This document shows positions 1 to 11,383 of a stretch of DNA of 64,000 nucleotides, in pieces. Location of the stretch: NCBI GenBank assembly GCA_951406725.2, contig OX597819.1, positions 93,868,001 to 93,932,000 of the forward strand. Reading direction: 5' to 3'. The notes beneath the pieces were generated by a model, which saw only the letters and a program-made list of their open reading frames with translations, was not told the DNA's origin and made no database searches. Source of the DNA: Octopus vulgaris. Its lineage: Eukaryota. The translations under genes and the position numbers were made by a program. Every line of letters starts with the position of its first letter. Position 1 is the stretch's first letter.

Positions 1-103
1 ACACAGATACGATTGTAATGTATTACTCTGTGCATTTTTTTTTTCTTTATTCTTTTAGTTACATTAGGCATTGGACTGCAGTCATGCTGAGTCACTGCTT
101 TAA

Positions 104-313
104 CCCTTTTGTAACCATATTTGTTTTGAAATGCTCCGTGTTTCCCTCAATTGATTTTCAATATAACAAAGAATTTAGTAAAATAACTTAGTTATCATAA
201 AGCTGGTATTAAGAATATAAATTTGGTGGAAGATTTTAATTCAAAACTTATGAAAACAAGACATTTGTACTACAGAGCCAGAGGCAATTTCAGCCGGATT
301 GGTATCGAAATAG
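104..313. mobile_element. piggyBac-like MITE (TTAA-flanked, short degenerate TIRs) inserted in a SINE remnant
   Basis: TTAA|CCCTTTTGTAACCA at 100-117 and TGGTATCGAAATAG|TTAA at 300-317; no ORF. Confidence 0.55.
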
Positions 314-1267
314 TTAAAGGATTTAGTCAAATAATTATCTCCACTACTAATTCTGTGTCTGATAAATTATTCTAACGATTTCCTTTTGCCAGAGATGACT
401 TGGAAGTTGTTGCTCTTTGATTACTACTGCAAACAGCAGTAGGTTTCTTCAGTTGAATACACGTCGTTGATTGGTTAAAATTACCCAAATACGACAACTT
501 TAACACGAAATAACTTCTAAAGTACGAAATTTTGTCCAAAATGTTGAAAATAAACCATGATCAGCATGAGAAATAACACCAGTATACGAAGTTTTAAACT
601 GTTTAGTTAAAAAAATATAATTAAAATCTATGTGAGCCAAACTGAAGAGATCCAAAGGATTTAAGCAAGCCAACATTGATTGTTAAGTGAGGGTAGAGGG
701 AGAAACACAAAGACACACCGATACAAATATTTATGTATGCGATGAGTTTTCACACAGTTTCTGTCTACCACATTCATCTATAAAGCATTGGTCATCCAGT
801 TATAGTAGAAAGCATTGTCCAAGCTGTTGCTGTGCAGTAGGAATGAAGAGGCCAAAACCACATGATTGTGAAATAATCTTCACGACCACAGAGCCATATG
901 CCTGTCTGTGCCTCTACCCTGCCTAGGAAATCAATGTTCGTTCAGAAGAAGGACATGAAATCGGCAACTACTGTGAATTACTTGAACGTGACTAATCAAC
1001 ATGCACATACTTAGCCTTGCCTGTATCCATTCTGCCTTCCATCCAGCTAATCCAGTGAAGTTTACTTCAGTGAAAGATTGTGTCAAGTGTTAATTTTTGT
1101 TCATAAAAGTGAAACCTCTTAAAAGAACTTGAAACACTAATAATTTTTGAATTTCTCATGTCTAAGATGTATCAATTCAATTTCAAGTGACTTGATGCTT
1201 TTGTATTTCTGTTTTGATTTGGGTTCTTTTTTTTTTTGCATTATTTTTGTAGTGGGGTTAGGAATTG

Positions 1268-1335
1268 ATTTTATATTGAATTGATTTAGTCCCGATAAAG
1301 AATTTTATATTAAATTGATTTAGTCCCGATAAAGA
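1268..1335. repeat. 34-bp direct tandem duplication (x2)
   Basis: attttatattgaattgatttagtcccgataaaga followed by attttatattaaattgatttagtcccgataaaga (1 mismatch). Confidence 0.9.
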
Positions 1336-2078
1336 ATCTCCTTCAGTCATACATTCAAATGTAGCTTAGTAGTCTCTGCAAATTAGAATATTTGCATGAA
1401 CTGTAACATCGGATTTTCACTCCTGAATATAAGAGCAATAGGTCGTCATGTGGTTATTTTGCATGCTAGAAAAAGTATTCAAATGCTAAATGTATCCTTA
1501 CTGTCATAAGATGAGTCCTATATGCATTATGCCTTGAACAAAAATGGTATGAATATGCTTTTAATTTCTTTGATGATAGCTCGGCTTAATAAGGGCTGAT
1601 GTTGAGCTTGTAGTGAGAACCCAGCTGAGATTTGAACCATCGCTCTCATATTTTCCCAGTCTAAGACCACAAATTGATATATTTACATTAAAGGAAAAGT
1701 GTTGCAATAAAAGGCATTAATGCCTATGCAAATATGACTTAACCAATCAACATTGGCCGATATATTATAGCTGGAAAAGCAATCTTCAAAGGAAGCATGT
1801 TAGTTTTCCCACCAATCAATCTGGCAAAAGATTTTAGAATGTTTGAAGCTGATAGTAACTAATAGGTGAACGAATTCAACTTTAGCCAGATCTATCCCAG
1901 ATTTACACAAGTCATATTGCTTTTACCCATTATGATAGTCTCTCATCTTTCTCACCTTGCTTAATTTAATGGAATAGAGAGCCACCAAGCCATCTTTGGG
2001 ACTCTATATCACTTGTCTCAATAAGCTGTTCTCTTTCTCCTCACTTCCACTTGTGAGTAACATGTTTATGTTTTAATC

Positions 2079-2350
2079 CAGTGCTTCTCAAACTATCTGA
2101 TGTGGTGTACTGGCAGTTTTTTTCCCCCCAATGTGCCAGGAACCGGTAATATTTCGTAGTAATATTAATTTATATCAGAAACAATATATATAATAAAAGT
2201 TGACAATTTTTTTTATCTTATATTTATTTTGTAAACAAATAATACAATATTACATAAGCATTTTATAATGTTGCTTTCTTTTCTAGAAACTTGCAGCTGA
2301 TGGCTTGTGGACCGGCACCGGTTCACAGACCACCACTTTGAGTAGCACTG
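2079..2350. mobile_element. hAT (Charlie-like) MITE
   Basis: TIRs CAGTGCTTCTCAAA ... TTTGAGTAGCACTG; degenerate 8-bp flanks (ttttaatc / ttctatta). Confidence 0.65.
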
Positions 2351-3052
2351 TTCTATTACAGTATCCAGCATGTTGTATAGTGAAAATTCCTAACTTCTAG
2401 ATTCATTGAACACTGATCCATTAACTTATAGAATGTAGATTTGTACATATTACAATGCAGGTTTATAAAATGCTAGTGGGACCCATGAATATTTCACAGA
2501 ATTAATGGTAAACCTATTGGGTTATTTCTGCAAACTTTATCCAAAAAACCTGAAAGCGTGGCTTGTATTGTGCCTTTATGGAAACATAGTCATGCATCTG
2601 CTAATCATTGAAAAGTGAAAGAAATTGGAATACAATGATTACTTAATGCACTTTATATATACACTTTATATACTTTATGCCCAATCTCATAACATAAATA
2701 TTCACTCTTATTTTTCCATTTTTCTCATAAAAAAAAAAATCCCATGCATATACAACCTTTACTTAAATTACATATATCTGCCATGTAAATAAACGTGAAT
2801 ATTTCACGGAATTGCACTTATGCACATGCGTTAAGTGATAGGTGATATAAAAAACTTAGTTCAATATTTTTTAAAATACACTTTTCGCTCTCCAATCACT
2901 GCCACCACCAGCATCATTATCATCTCTCTGCCTCTCTCTTACCCTCTCTCTCCCCTCTTTCTCTCCCTCCTATCTCTTTCTCTTTCCCTCACTATCAGAA
3001 CATCAAGCCACTGCTAAAATTATTACATTCCCCCTACCTCACATCATGGACG

Positions 3053-3054
<2 letters not shown>

Positions 3055-3096
<42 letters not shown>
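3055..3096. repeat. (TC)n microsatellite in a pyrimidine-rich tract
   Basis: direct reading. Confidence 0.95.
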
Positions 3097-3100
<4 letters not shown>

Positions 3101-3331
3101 TTTTTTCTCTCTCTCTCTTTCTCCTTCTTTCTGTCTCACTCTTCACCTTATCCTTTTTTTCTCTCTCCTTTTCCTCCTCCCTCTTTCCCTTCAACTAATC
3201 ACATGAAAGCATTACAATTACATTTCCTCTACTCCATGTCATGGGCACTTTTCTCTCCCTCTTTTAGCAGCTCAGCTAATAAGACTGATAGAATAAGTCC
3301 AAAATTCAAAAAGAAAAAGATAAATACCACT

Positions 3332-3732
3332 AGGTGCAGATGTGGCTGTGTGGTAAGAAGCTTGCTTCCCAATCATATGGTTCAGGGTTCAGTCCCACTA
3401 TGTGGTACTTCGGGCAAGTGTCTTCTACTATAGCCCTGGGTCGACCAAAGCCTTGTGAGTGGATTTGGTAGATGGAAACTGAAAGAAGCCCTTCGTATAT
3501 ATGTATATGTGTTTATGTGTGCGTGTCTTTGTGTCTGTTTGTCCCCCACCATCGCTTGACAACCGATGTTGGTATGTTCATGTCCCCGTCACTTAGTGGT
3601 TTGGCAAAAGCGATCGATAGAACAAGTACTAGGCTTACAAAGAATAAGTCCTGGTGTCGATTTCTTTGCCTAAAACCCTTTAAGGTGATGCTCCAACATG
3701 GCCACAGTCAAATGACTGAAACAAATAAAAGA
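3332..3732 (+). mobile_element. tRNA-derived SINE, family A (head GTGGCTGTGTGGTAAG...GGTTCAGTCCCA, internal TA/TG microsatellite, tail ...CATGGCCACAGTCAAATGACTGAAACAA)
   Basis: Pol III A/B-box-like head; many homologous copies in the window (about 7110-7520, 23585-24240, 29050-29325, 31620-32085, 32690-33080, 35500-36240, 40715-41170, 48350-48725). Confidence 0.85.
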
Positions 3733-4545
3733 ACTACTGGGATTTATTTGTTCAGTATAAACCCTTCAAGGTGGTGCTCCAGTATGGCTGCAGTGTAATA
3801 ATTCAAACAAGTAAAACCAAAAGATACAAGATGAGTCTTCTATACCTTTTATGTAACCTTATTAACTCCCATTTTTACAAGCCAAAACGTCCAAAATATA
3901 ATTACTGTCTTATTCAAAGAAAATTATTTACTGCTAAATCTTTTGAGCTCTCTTGCCAATACTATTGTATACTCTATCTCAGTTACAATTATATTCAATA
4001 CATATACACATGTTTTAAACAGATATCTTTAATTAGTAGTCTTGTTTATTAAAGCCACAGGAATTCATTAGCAATAATAAAAAATTCCCAAATTATAGCT
4101 TTAAGATTCTTTTATTTTCATATCTTTTGAGAGTTAATGAAGAATGTTAGAAATAATACCATAGGGGGTAGTCTATGTCTCAAGGTGTGTGTGATAGATA
4201 GTGATTTCTGGAAAAGTTTCAGACTAGAGACTATGAATAATTTTCCCAAATTATTGGTCTAGCTGGCTATGCTAAGCACACACAGAAACAAAAACAAAAC
4301 TAAACTATTGATTTGATATCGGGTCAATAGAGGAGTGTATATGTGATCATTTCACCTTCAAGGAAAAGTAACCAAATTTTCAAATTTACCTCAAATGACA
4401 CATAAACATCTTCAAAACAAACATTTTTGCCAGCTGAGTGGACTGGAGCAACATGAAATTAAGTGTTTTGCTCAAGAACACAATGCGTCAAAACCACAAT
4501 TTTATTATCATGATGCTGACACCATAACTACTAAGCCACGTGCCT

Positions 4546-4596
<51 letters not shown>

Positions 4597-4599
<3 letters not shown>

Positions 4600-4890
4600 G
4601 TGATCACGTGACTGACCAGACCATCAGATGTTATTACACATCGCTGGTCACAATGCGTTCGCATTGTTTTAGCCTTCAAATGACGCCACCCCGCTGGCTA
4701 AGCGAGCAGGCCAACAGAAGAAAGAGTGGGAGAAAGTGTGGTGAAAGAGTACAGCAGGGATCACCACCCCCTGCCAGAGCGTCATTGTGTTTTCGCTCAA
4801 TAAACACTCACAACTCCCGGTCTGGGATTCGAAACCGCGATCCTACGACCGCGAGTCCGCTGCCCTAACCACTGGGCCATTGCGCCTCCA
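4597..4890 (-). mobile_element. tRNA-derived SINE, family D (head GGAGGCGCAATGGCCCAGTGGTTAGGGCAGCGGACTCGCGG)
   Basis: tRNA-like head on minus strand; related copies at about 12317-12608(-), 44315-44500(+), 45920-46172(+), 51160-51435(-). Confidence 0.8.
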
Positions 4891-5746
4891 CATATATATA
4901 TATATATATGTGCGTTTGTATATATATATATAGAACTAATGTGCCAGCAGTATTTATTTTTCATGCTAAAATTTATTAAGGAGTATACCCCAAGATTTTA
5001 ACTGAAGCTACATTTGTAAATTAACTATTTTACTAGATACAAAGGCATACATGAATGCTATCATATTTATACTATCTCTCTGAGAACAGTGAAAGATGGA
5101 CTAACTGGACAATGCTACTTCAAGTATTCACCGCCTATCAGTTGCCATATATTTTACTGCCACTGGAAAATTATATTTACAGTCACTATTGCCATAAATG
5201 AAACAATGATGTACCAGCTATGTTTAAAATTTACTGTTGGTATACCACAAAATGTTTGCTATCGCTGCATTGGTACCATATCTTCAGTATACAAGTCAAT
5301 GTAGTATATAATGTAAGCATGTAATGTAAATATTCATATATCATCGTTATCTTACTAAATCCTTCTGGATTTCGCATGGAATCTTTAGCTCTCCAAAGTC
5401 ATCTTGGTGTATAAGTCAGTCTTCCTTTTTTTTTTCTTGGATGTAAATTTTGGTTTGGATAATTCAATTTGTATGCTGAGAAATATGGTAAATTCAATAA
5501 AGGCAAGCATAAACAAGTATTATTACAATATAAATAGTGTTGTTTGTTTTCAAATCCTGCATGGAAACATATTGAGCTTTGAGGAAATATTAACATACTT
5601 GGCAAAAGAAGAAGTTTGCTATCAGGAAGGGTACCCAGGCTTAGAAAGTCTACTTCAACAAATTCTATCCACCCTATGCAACCATGGAAAACTGGATGTT
5701 AAAACAATGTCTCTTTCTCTTTCTCTCTCATATATATATACATATA

Positions 5747-5855
<109 letters not shown>

Positions 5856-6597
5856 AACTTACTTGGAAAAGGATGCGTGGCATTCAATCATATAATAATA
5901 TAAATAATATATAAATATATGCATATATACATACATATATGTACATACCTACAACATGTATATATACATGCATATATGGGTATAGGATATCAAAAAAACG
6001 TTGAATACAATGAGAAACGAAAGTATAGAAACTAAAATATAGAAATGAACTTTCTGTTGAACAATAAAAAAATCAGAGAAACGAGACACACAACATAAAG
6101 AATATTCCCATTCATCAGTTGTCCCTGTTTCATCTACTCTGCATTCCAAAGGCAAGGACAAGATGTGACTTCGTTGAAACAGTCCTTCCTGCAAAGCAAA
6201 AATTAAATAAAATTTGGGATTTTTTGTGGAGGGTGAAAGTGGTAACAAGAACAGGACAGTGAGAACAAAACAGTAACAACAAATGGTGAGGGCTGTTAAG
6301 CCAAGACGATAGAAAAGTTAATATGAATGCTAGGAAGTTGAGCTTATGAAGGAGATAGTATAAGCACGTTTTTTCTTTACGAAGGTAGTGGGCAGAAGAT
6401 AGATTCTCTTTTGTCATGTGCCAGTGGCGAGAGAGTCGAGGAGGAGGAGTGAGAGAGAGGAAATGGGGAAGAGGAGAGGAGATGAATAGGGAAGGGTTGG
6501 AAAGAAACTTTGGTATTGTGAGACTAATAACCTGGTACAGAACTCAATATACATATATTTCAGAATAAAATGTTAGCTGAGTATAGAGTGGTAATAA

Positions 6598-6932
6598 GGA
6601 AAAGAGATGACAAAGGAATAAATCATTATCTTATGAACTTCATTAGTTCACAACTGTTTCTGCAACAAGATGCAGTGAACTTATAGTTGAGTGCCTGAAT
6701 GACACCTTATAGCTTCATCAGAGCCTCGAATGTGAAGTGCAATCCATTTGGGGAAGAATTACAAACGTAATGCTTTCCCAAATAAATTGCACTTCAAATC
6801 TGAGGTTCTGATGAAGTTATATGGTGTTATTCAGACACCCAACTATGAATACATTACAACTTATAGCAGAAACAGCTGTAAGGTAATGAAGTTCATAATA
6901 TAATCATTTATTTCTTTGTCATCTCTCTTTCT
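6598..6932. mobile_element. ~335-bp fold-back (palindromic) element made of two inverted hammerhead-motif units; probably PLE pseudo-LTR derived
   Basis: 6598-6756 is the imperfect reverse complement of 6773-6932; each arm carries CTGATGA...GAAACAG(C/T)TGT. Confidence 0.75.
6802..6886 (+). ncRNA. type I hammerhead ribozyme-like motif (long stem II, palindromic stem III)
   Basis: CTGATGA at 6808-6814; stem II AGTTATA.../...CTTATAGC; GAAA 6869-6872; CAGCTG; cleavage triplet GTA at 6878-6880; stem I degenerate in this copy. Confidence 0.55.
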
Positions 6933-9282
6933 TTTATATATATAAATTTTTGTCTTTATGCTAAGTTATCCATAAATACAATGTAGCATTAAACTAAAGT
7001 ATTACTCAATACTTTTCTGTTGAGTGCATATTCATTAAATTTTTTTGTAAGACGTGAGGTCAGTTTGAGCAAACAAGCTGAAACTGTGAAGTCATTGTCA
7101 CTTCGCTTAAACGTGGTTGTGTGGTAAGTAGTTTGCTTTCTAACCACATGATTCTGGGTTCAATCTCACTGTATATATATATAAACCTTTGGCAAGTGTT
7201 TTCTACTATAACCCCAGGCCAGCCAAAGCCATGTCAGTGAAGTTGGTAGGCAGGAACTGAATGAAGGGCATTCTATTAGTCTCTTTTGCTGAACTACTAA
7301 GTTACCGGAGACATAAACACGCCAGCATCTGTTGCCAAGCAATGGTGGGAGACAAACACAGACACAAAGACACACACACATACTATATACATATATGATG
7401 GGCTTCTTTCAGTTTCCATCAACCAAATCCACTCACAAGACACTTACCCGAGGTGCCACACAATGGGACTGAACCCAGGGCCATGTGACTGGCAAGTAAG
7501 CTTCTTAACACATGGCCACACCTATGTACGTGTCTGTGTGTGCATATATCATACTAAACACTAATCGCTTGATGAAAATTAAAATCAATATAATCACCCC
7601 TCAAGTAAAGCTACTTGTGTGATATTGCACTGACACCATGATATGAAATACAGTTCACCCCTTTTACAGAATATATTTACAACACATTAATAATTCAGAA
7701 TGAAATAATACTTAAGGTCCCTAAAAGAAACCATTTCACTTCTGGACTGACACAGTCTTTTTGATGTTGAATGGTTTCAAAGAAATGAATTTTAAATTAT
7801 TAATTAGATGGATTATATACAACTCAAATCACAGATATTTCTTCTTTATGATTCATAGAAATAACAATGATTGTAATAATGTAAAGCTGAAGAATATCAT
7901 AAGACTTTTTCAGAAAAATAATTACTCATGTGTTAATAATCATTTGTTTCAATGTTATTATTGTACCACAAGATAACAGTCTAAAGATATCTTCTGTAAT
8001 ACTGTACAGTGTTGGAAACAAAACATTGATAATACCACAGTAATTTATTAATTGAACTTGCTGCTAAGAACGCATTATGGATGTTACTCAGTCTATTTTA
8101 CTTTAGCCCTTCTTAATAGCTGGCTTTTATGTAGAATCTCTGTGATGGTGTATAGACAGAATCATTAAAGTGTTAAAAAAAATGCCTTTCAGTCTTCCTT
8201 CTGGCTCATTAGCTTCTGAGTTCAAATTCTATCAAAACCAGCTTAGCTTTACATCCCTCAGACATTGACAAAATAAAAGCGCAAATGTGGGTGTATGCTT
8301 AAGAAGCTTGCTTCACAACCACATGGCTTTCAGTTCAGTCCTAGTGTGTGGTACCTTGAGTGTGTCAAGAAGACCCATATGCCACAGCAGATTTCTTACT
8401 GGTGCTGATACCACAAAAAAAAAAGCACTGGTGCTGGTTTCACAAAAAAAGTACCCAGTACATTCTGTGGAGTGGTTGATGCTAGGAAGGGCATCCTGCC
8501 ATGAAAAGCATGCCAGAGCAGATAATGGAGCCTGGTGCAGCCCCTGGCTTTACAAGCTCAGGTCAAGCCATTCAACCCATGCTAGTATAGAAACAGATAT
8601 TCTTCAGCCAACTAGCATAGCTAGAATGTGTGCCATTTAGGGCAGCCCTTCTGTCTGTCACGCCCAGACCCCACAAAAAACACATATCGCCTACAGCAGA
8701 CCCAAAAGTGGTGCCACTTTAAAAGTGCTTCCTGGGGCAGACCGCTCTACCCCCCCCCCCAGTAATATTAGTGCTTCAGCCACATGGCTGAAATGAAGAA
8801 AAGAATAAAAGAATATGTGTGTGTGTATGTGTGTTAATTGACATATGCAGTATTAAATTGATCTATATCTACTCTATTGACAAATATGGCAAGAGAGTGT
8901 ATTTTTCTGAATTATGGATACTAAGGCAAGTATATATTTTTGTGTACGTATACGTGTACATGTGAAGGTGAGTGTGTTATCTTCTTGTTTGGACATGACA
9001 TGGTAGATGTAAACAAGTGTCACCATCATATAAGCAATCTACCATGGAAACATTTCTGGCCATGGGGAAATATCACCTTACTTAGAAATGAGTAGAAGTT
9101 GGTGACAGGAAGAGCATCCCAGCTGTAGAAAATTTGCCTCAATGAACTCCATCCACCTATGTGAGCATGGTAAAATGAATATTAAAATGATAATAGTACA
9201 GTTTACTGCATCTGTGTATATATTTCTCTAGTTACATTTTCAATTTGATTAATGTGGCTCATTGGGATTTTAACTTAATTTG

Positions 9283-9736
9283 TTTCTTATTTCTTTACTG
9301 CCCACAAGGGGCTACACACAGAGGGAACAAGCAAGGACAGACAAATGGATTAAGTTGATTATATCGCCTCCAGTGCATAACTGGTACTTGTTTAATTGAC
9401 CCCGATAGGATGAAAGGCAAAGTCGACCTCGGCAGAATTTGAACTCAGAACGTAGCAGCAGATGAAATACCACTAAGCATTTTGCCCAGCACGCTAACGT
9501 TTCTTATTTCTTTATTGCCCACAAGGGGCTAAACATAGAGGGGACAAACAAGGACAGACAAATGGAATAAGTCGATTATATCAACCCCAGTGCATAACTG
9601 GTACTTGTTTAATCAACCCCGAAAGGATAAAAGGCAAAGTCGACCTCGACAGAATTTGAACTCAGAATGTAGTGGCAGACGAAATACCGCTAAGCATTTC
9701 GCCCAGCGTGCTAACGATTCTACCAGCTAACCGCCT
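9283..9736 (-). mobile_element. SINE family B (core GCCTTTCATCCTTTCGGGGTCGAT..AAGTACCAG), partial tandem dimer
   Basis: two head-to-tail units; other copies at about 10340-10555, 19955-20090, 23745-23980, 26262-26493, 35720-35950, 43057-43250, 45595-45805, 48888-49260, 52070-52260, 60478-60680. Confidence 0.85.
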
Positions 9737-11344
9737 TAACTTCATTTGTTTCACCACCTAACGAATCGATCACAATTGACACAACAAATATCATAACTAA
9801 TTATACACCGATTTTCAACCACTATTTCATGGCACACTTGTGTGCCTAATATTATCCGCAATTGTGGCACAATTTCTGGGGCAATTTAATAGTGCCAGGA
9901 TACACTTTAGCATGTCTTTTTTTTTTTTTTGCCACAAAATACGACATGCAACCATCTCTATTTTGAAACATTTCCAACTTGTTTTTATTTGCTAAAATTC
10001 TTGTATTGTACCTGGGAAGGGTCATTATATAAATGATAAACACACATCTGGTTTTATTTCAGTTTTTTATTATTATTATTATTACTAGTCATTTAGTAGT
10101 TAATCAATTCTTATTATTATTAGTCATTTAGCCATTTGACTAATCGATTTTTTGATTAGTCATTTGGGCACTTAATTAATCAATAAGGTTTATCAGAGTC
10201 CTTTCATTGCTATTCACAACCTCATCAATGATATATCCTACCTACTTCAGACCTGGATTGATTGACAGTGATTAACCAAACTATTAATCAATCATTTGAT
10301 TAGTTAATTCGTTAAATTGTAAACTAATTGACAAACAGTGCTTTCAAATTTTGGCACAAGGCCAGCAGTTTTTGAGGTGGGGAGGAAGGCATTTACATCG
10401 ACTCCATTACTTGACTGGCACTTATTTTATCAACCTTGAAAGGATGAGAGACAAAGTTCCCTTTGGTGGAATTTCAACTCAGAACATAAAATCTGATGAA
10501 ATGCCACTAAGCATTTGTCCGGCATGCTAATTGATTTGTCAGCTTGTCAACCTAAACTAACTGACTAATAATGATATAAAAAGAAGTAAAATAGAATCAA
10601 TGAATGTGTTCATTATTGGCATAATGACCCTCTCAAATTACAACAAAATCTGTTTCAACAAATGAGTTCACATTAAAGAATCTTGCAAACTCAACAGAAA
10701 ATCTTTTATTGTAATAACACCCTTAGCACCGTATTCAGTATGCCATAGACTGAAAAGGCTGAAAATCACTGCACCAAATTATTATGGAGCCTCTATACAG
10801 GATTGGTAAAAGGTTTGCTCAGTTAGATATGATCTAGGACTAAATAGAAACATTCCAACGTGTGCAATCTTCAAATTTTACTTTTTTTTTTATCAGTGAT
10901 TTTCAATTTTGGTGCTTTTACTTTTTCCAGTTTCATTTATTGTATGGCGTATGAATTAAGTGATTTTCCTCTCTGCGATAAGCTAAATCAATCATCCATA
11001 CCATATAGGTAGCCTTCTGGCTAGATATAAACACACTCACACACACACACACACATATATATATATAAAAGTATGTATGTATATGTATGTGTGTGTATGT
11101 AAGTGTATATATATGTGTGGGTGTGTGTATAAACATATGTGTATATTTATATACATATATATATTTATATATATATATATATATGTATATATATGTATAT
11201 ATATACACACACAGACATATAGAAAATATATTTTCTTGCCAGTTATATGTTCTCCCTCCCTCTCTTGTACACTCTTCCCCTTTATGTACACACACATATT
11301 TATATTTATATATATATATATATGTGCATATATATGTATGTATG

Positions 11345-11383
<39 letters not shown>

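Noticed and set aside
4820-4890. tRNA-like sequences at SINE heads as functional tRNA genes
   Set aside because: They continue directly into repeat bodies, exist as many diverged copies, and show no clean cloverleaf or terminator.
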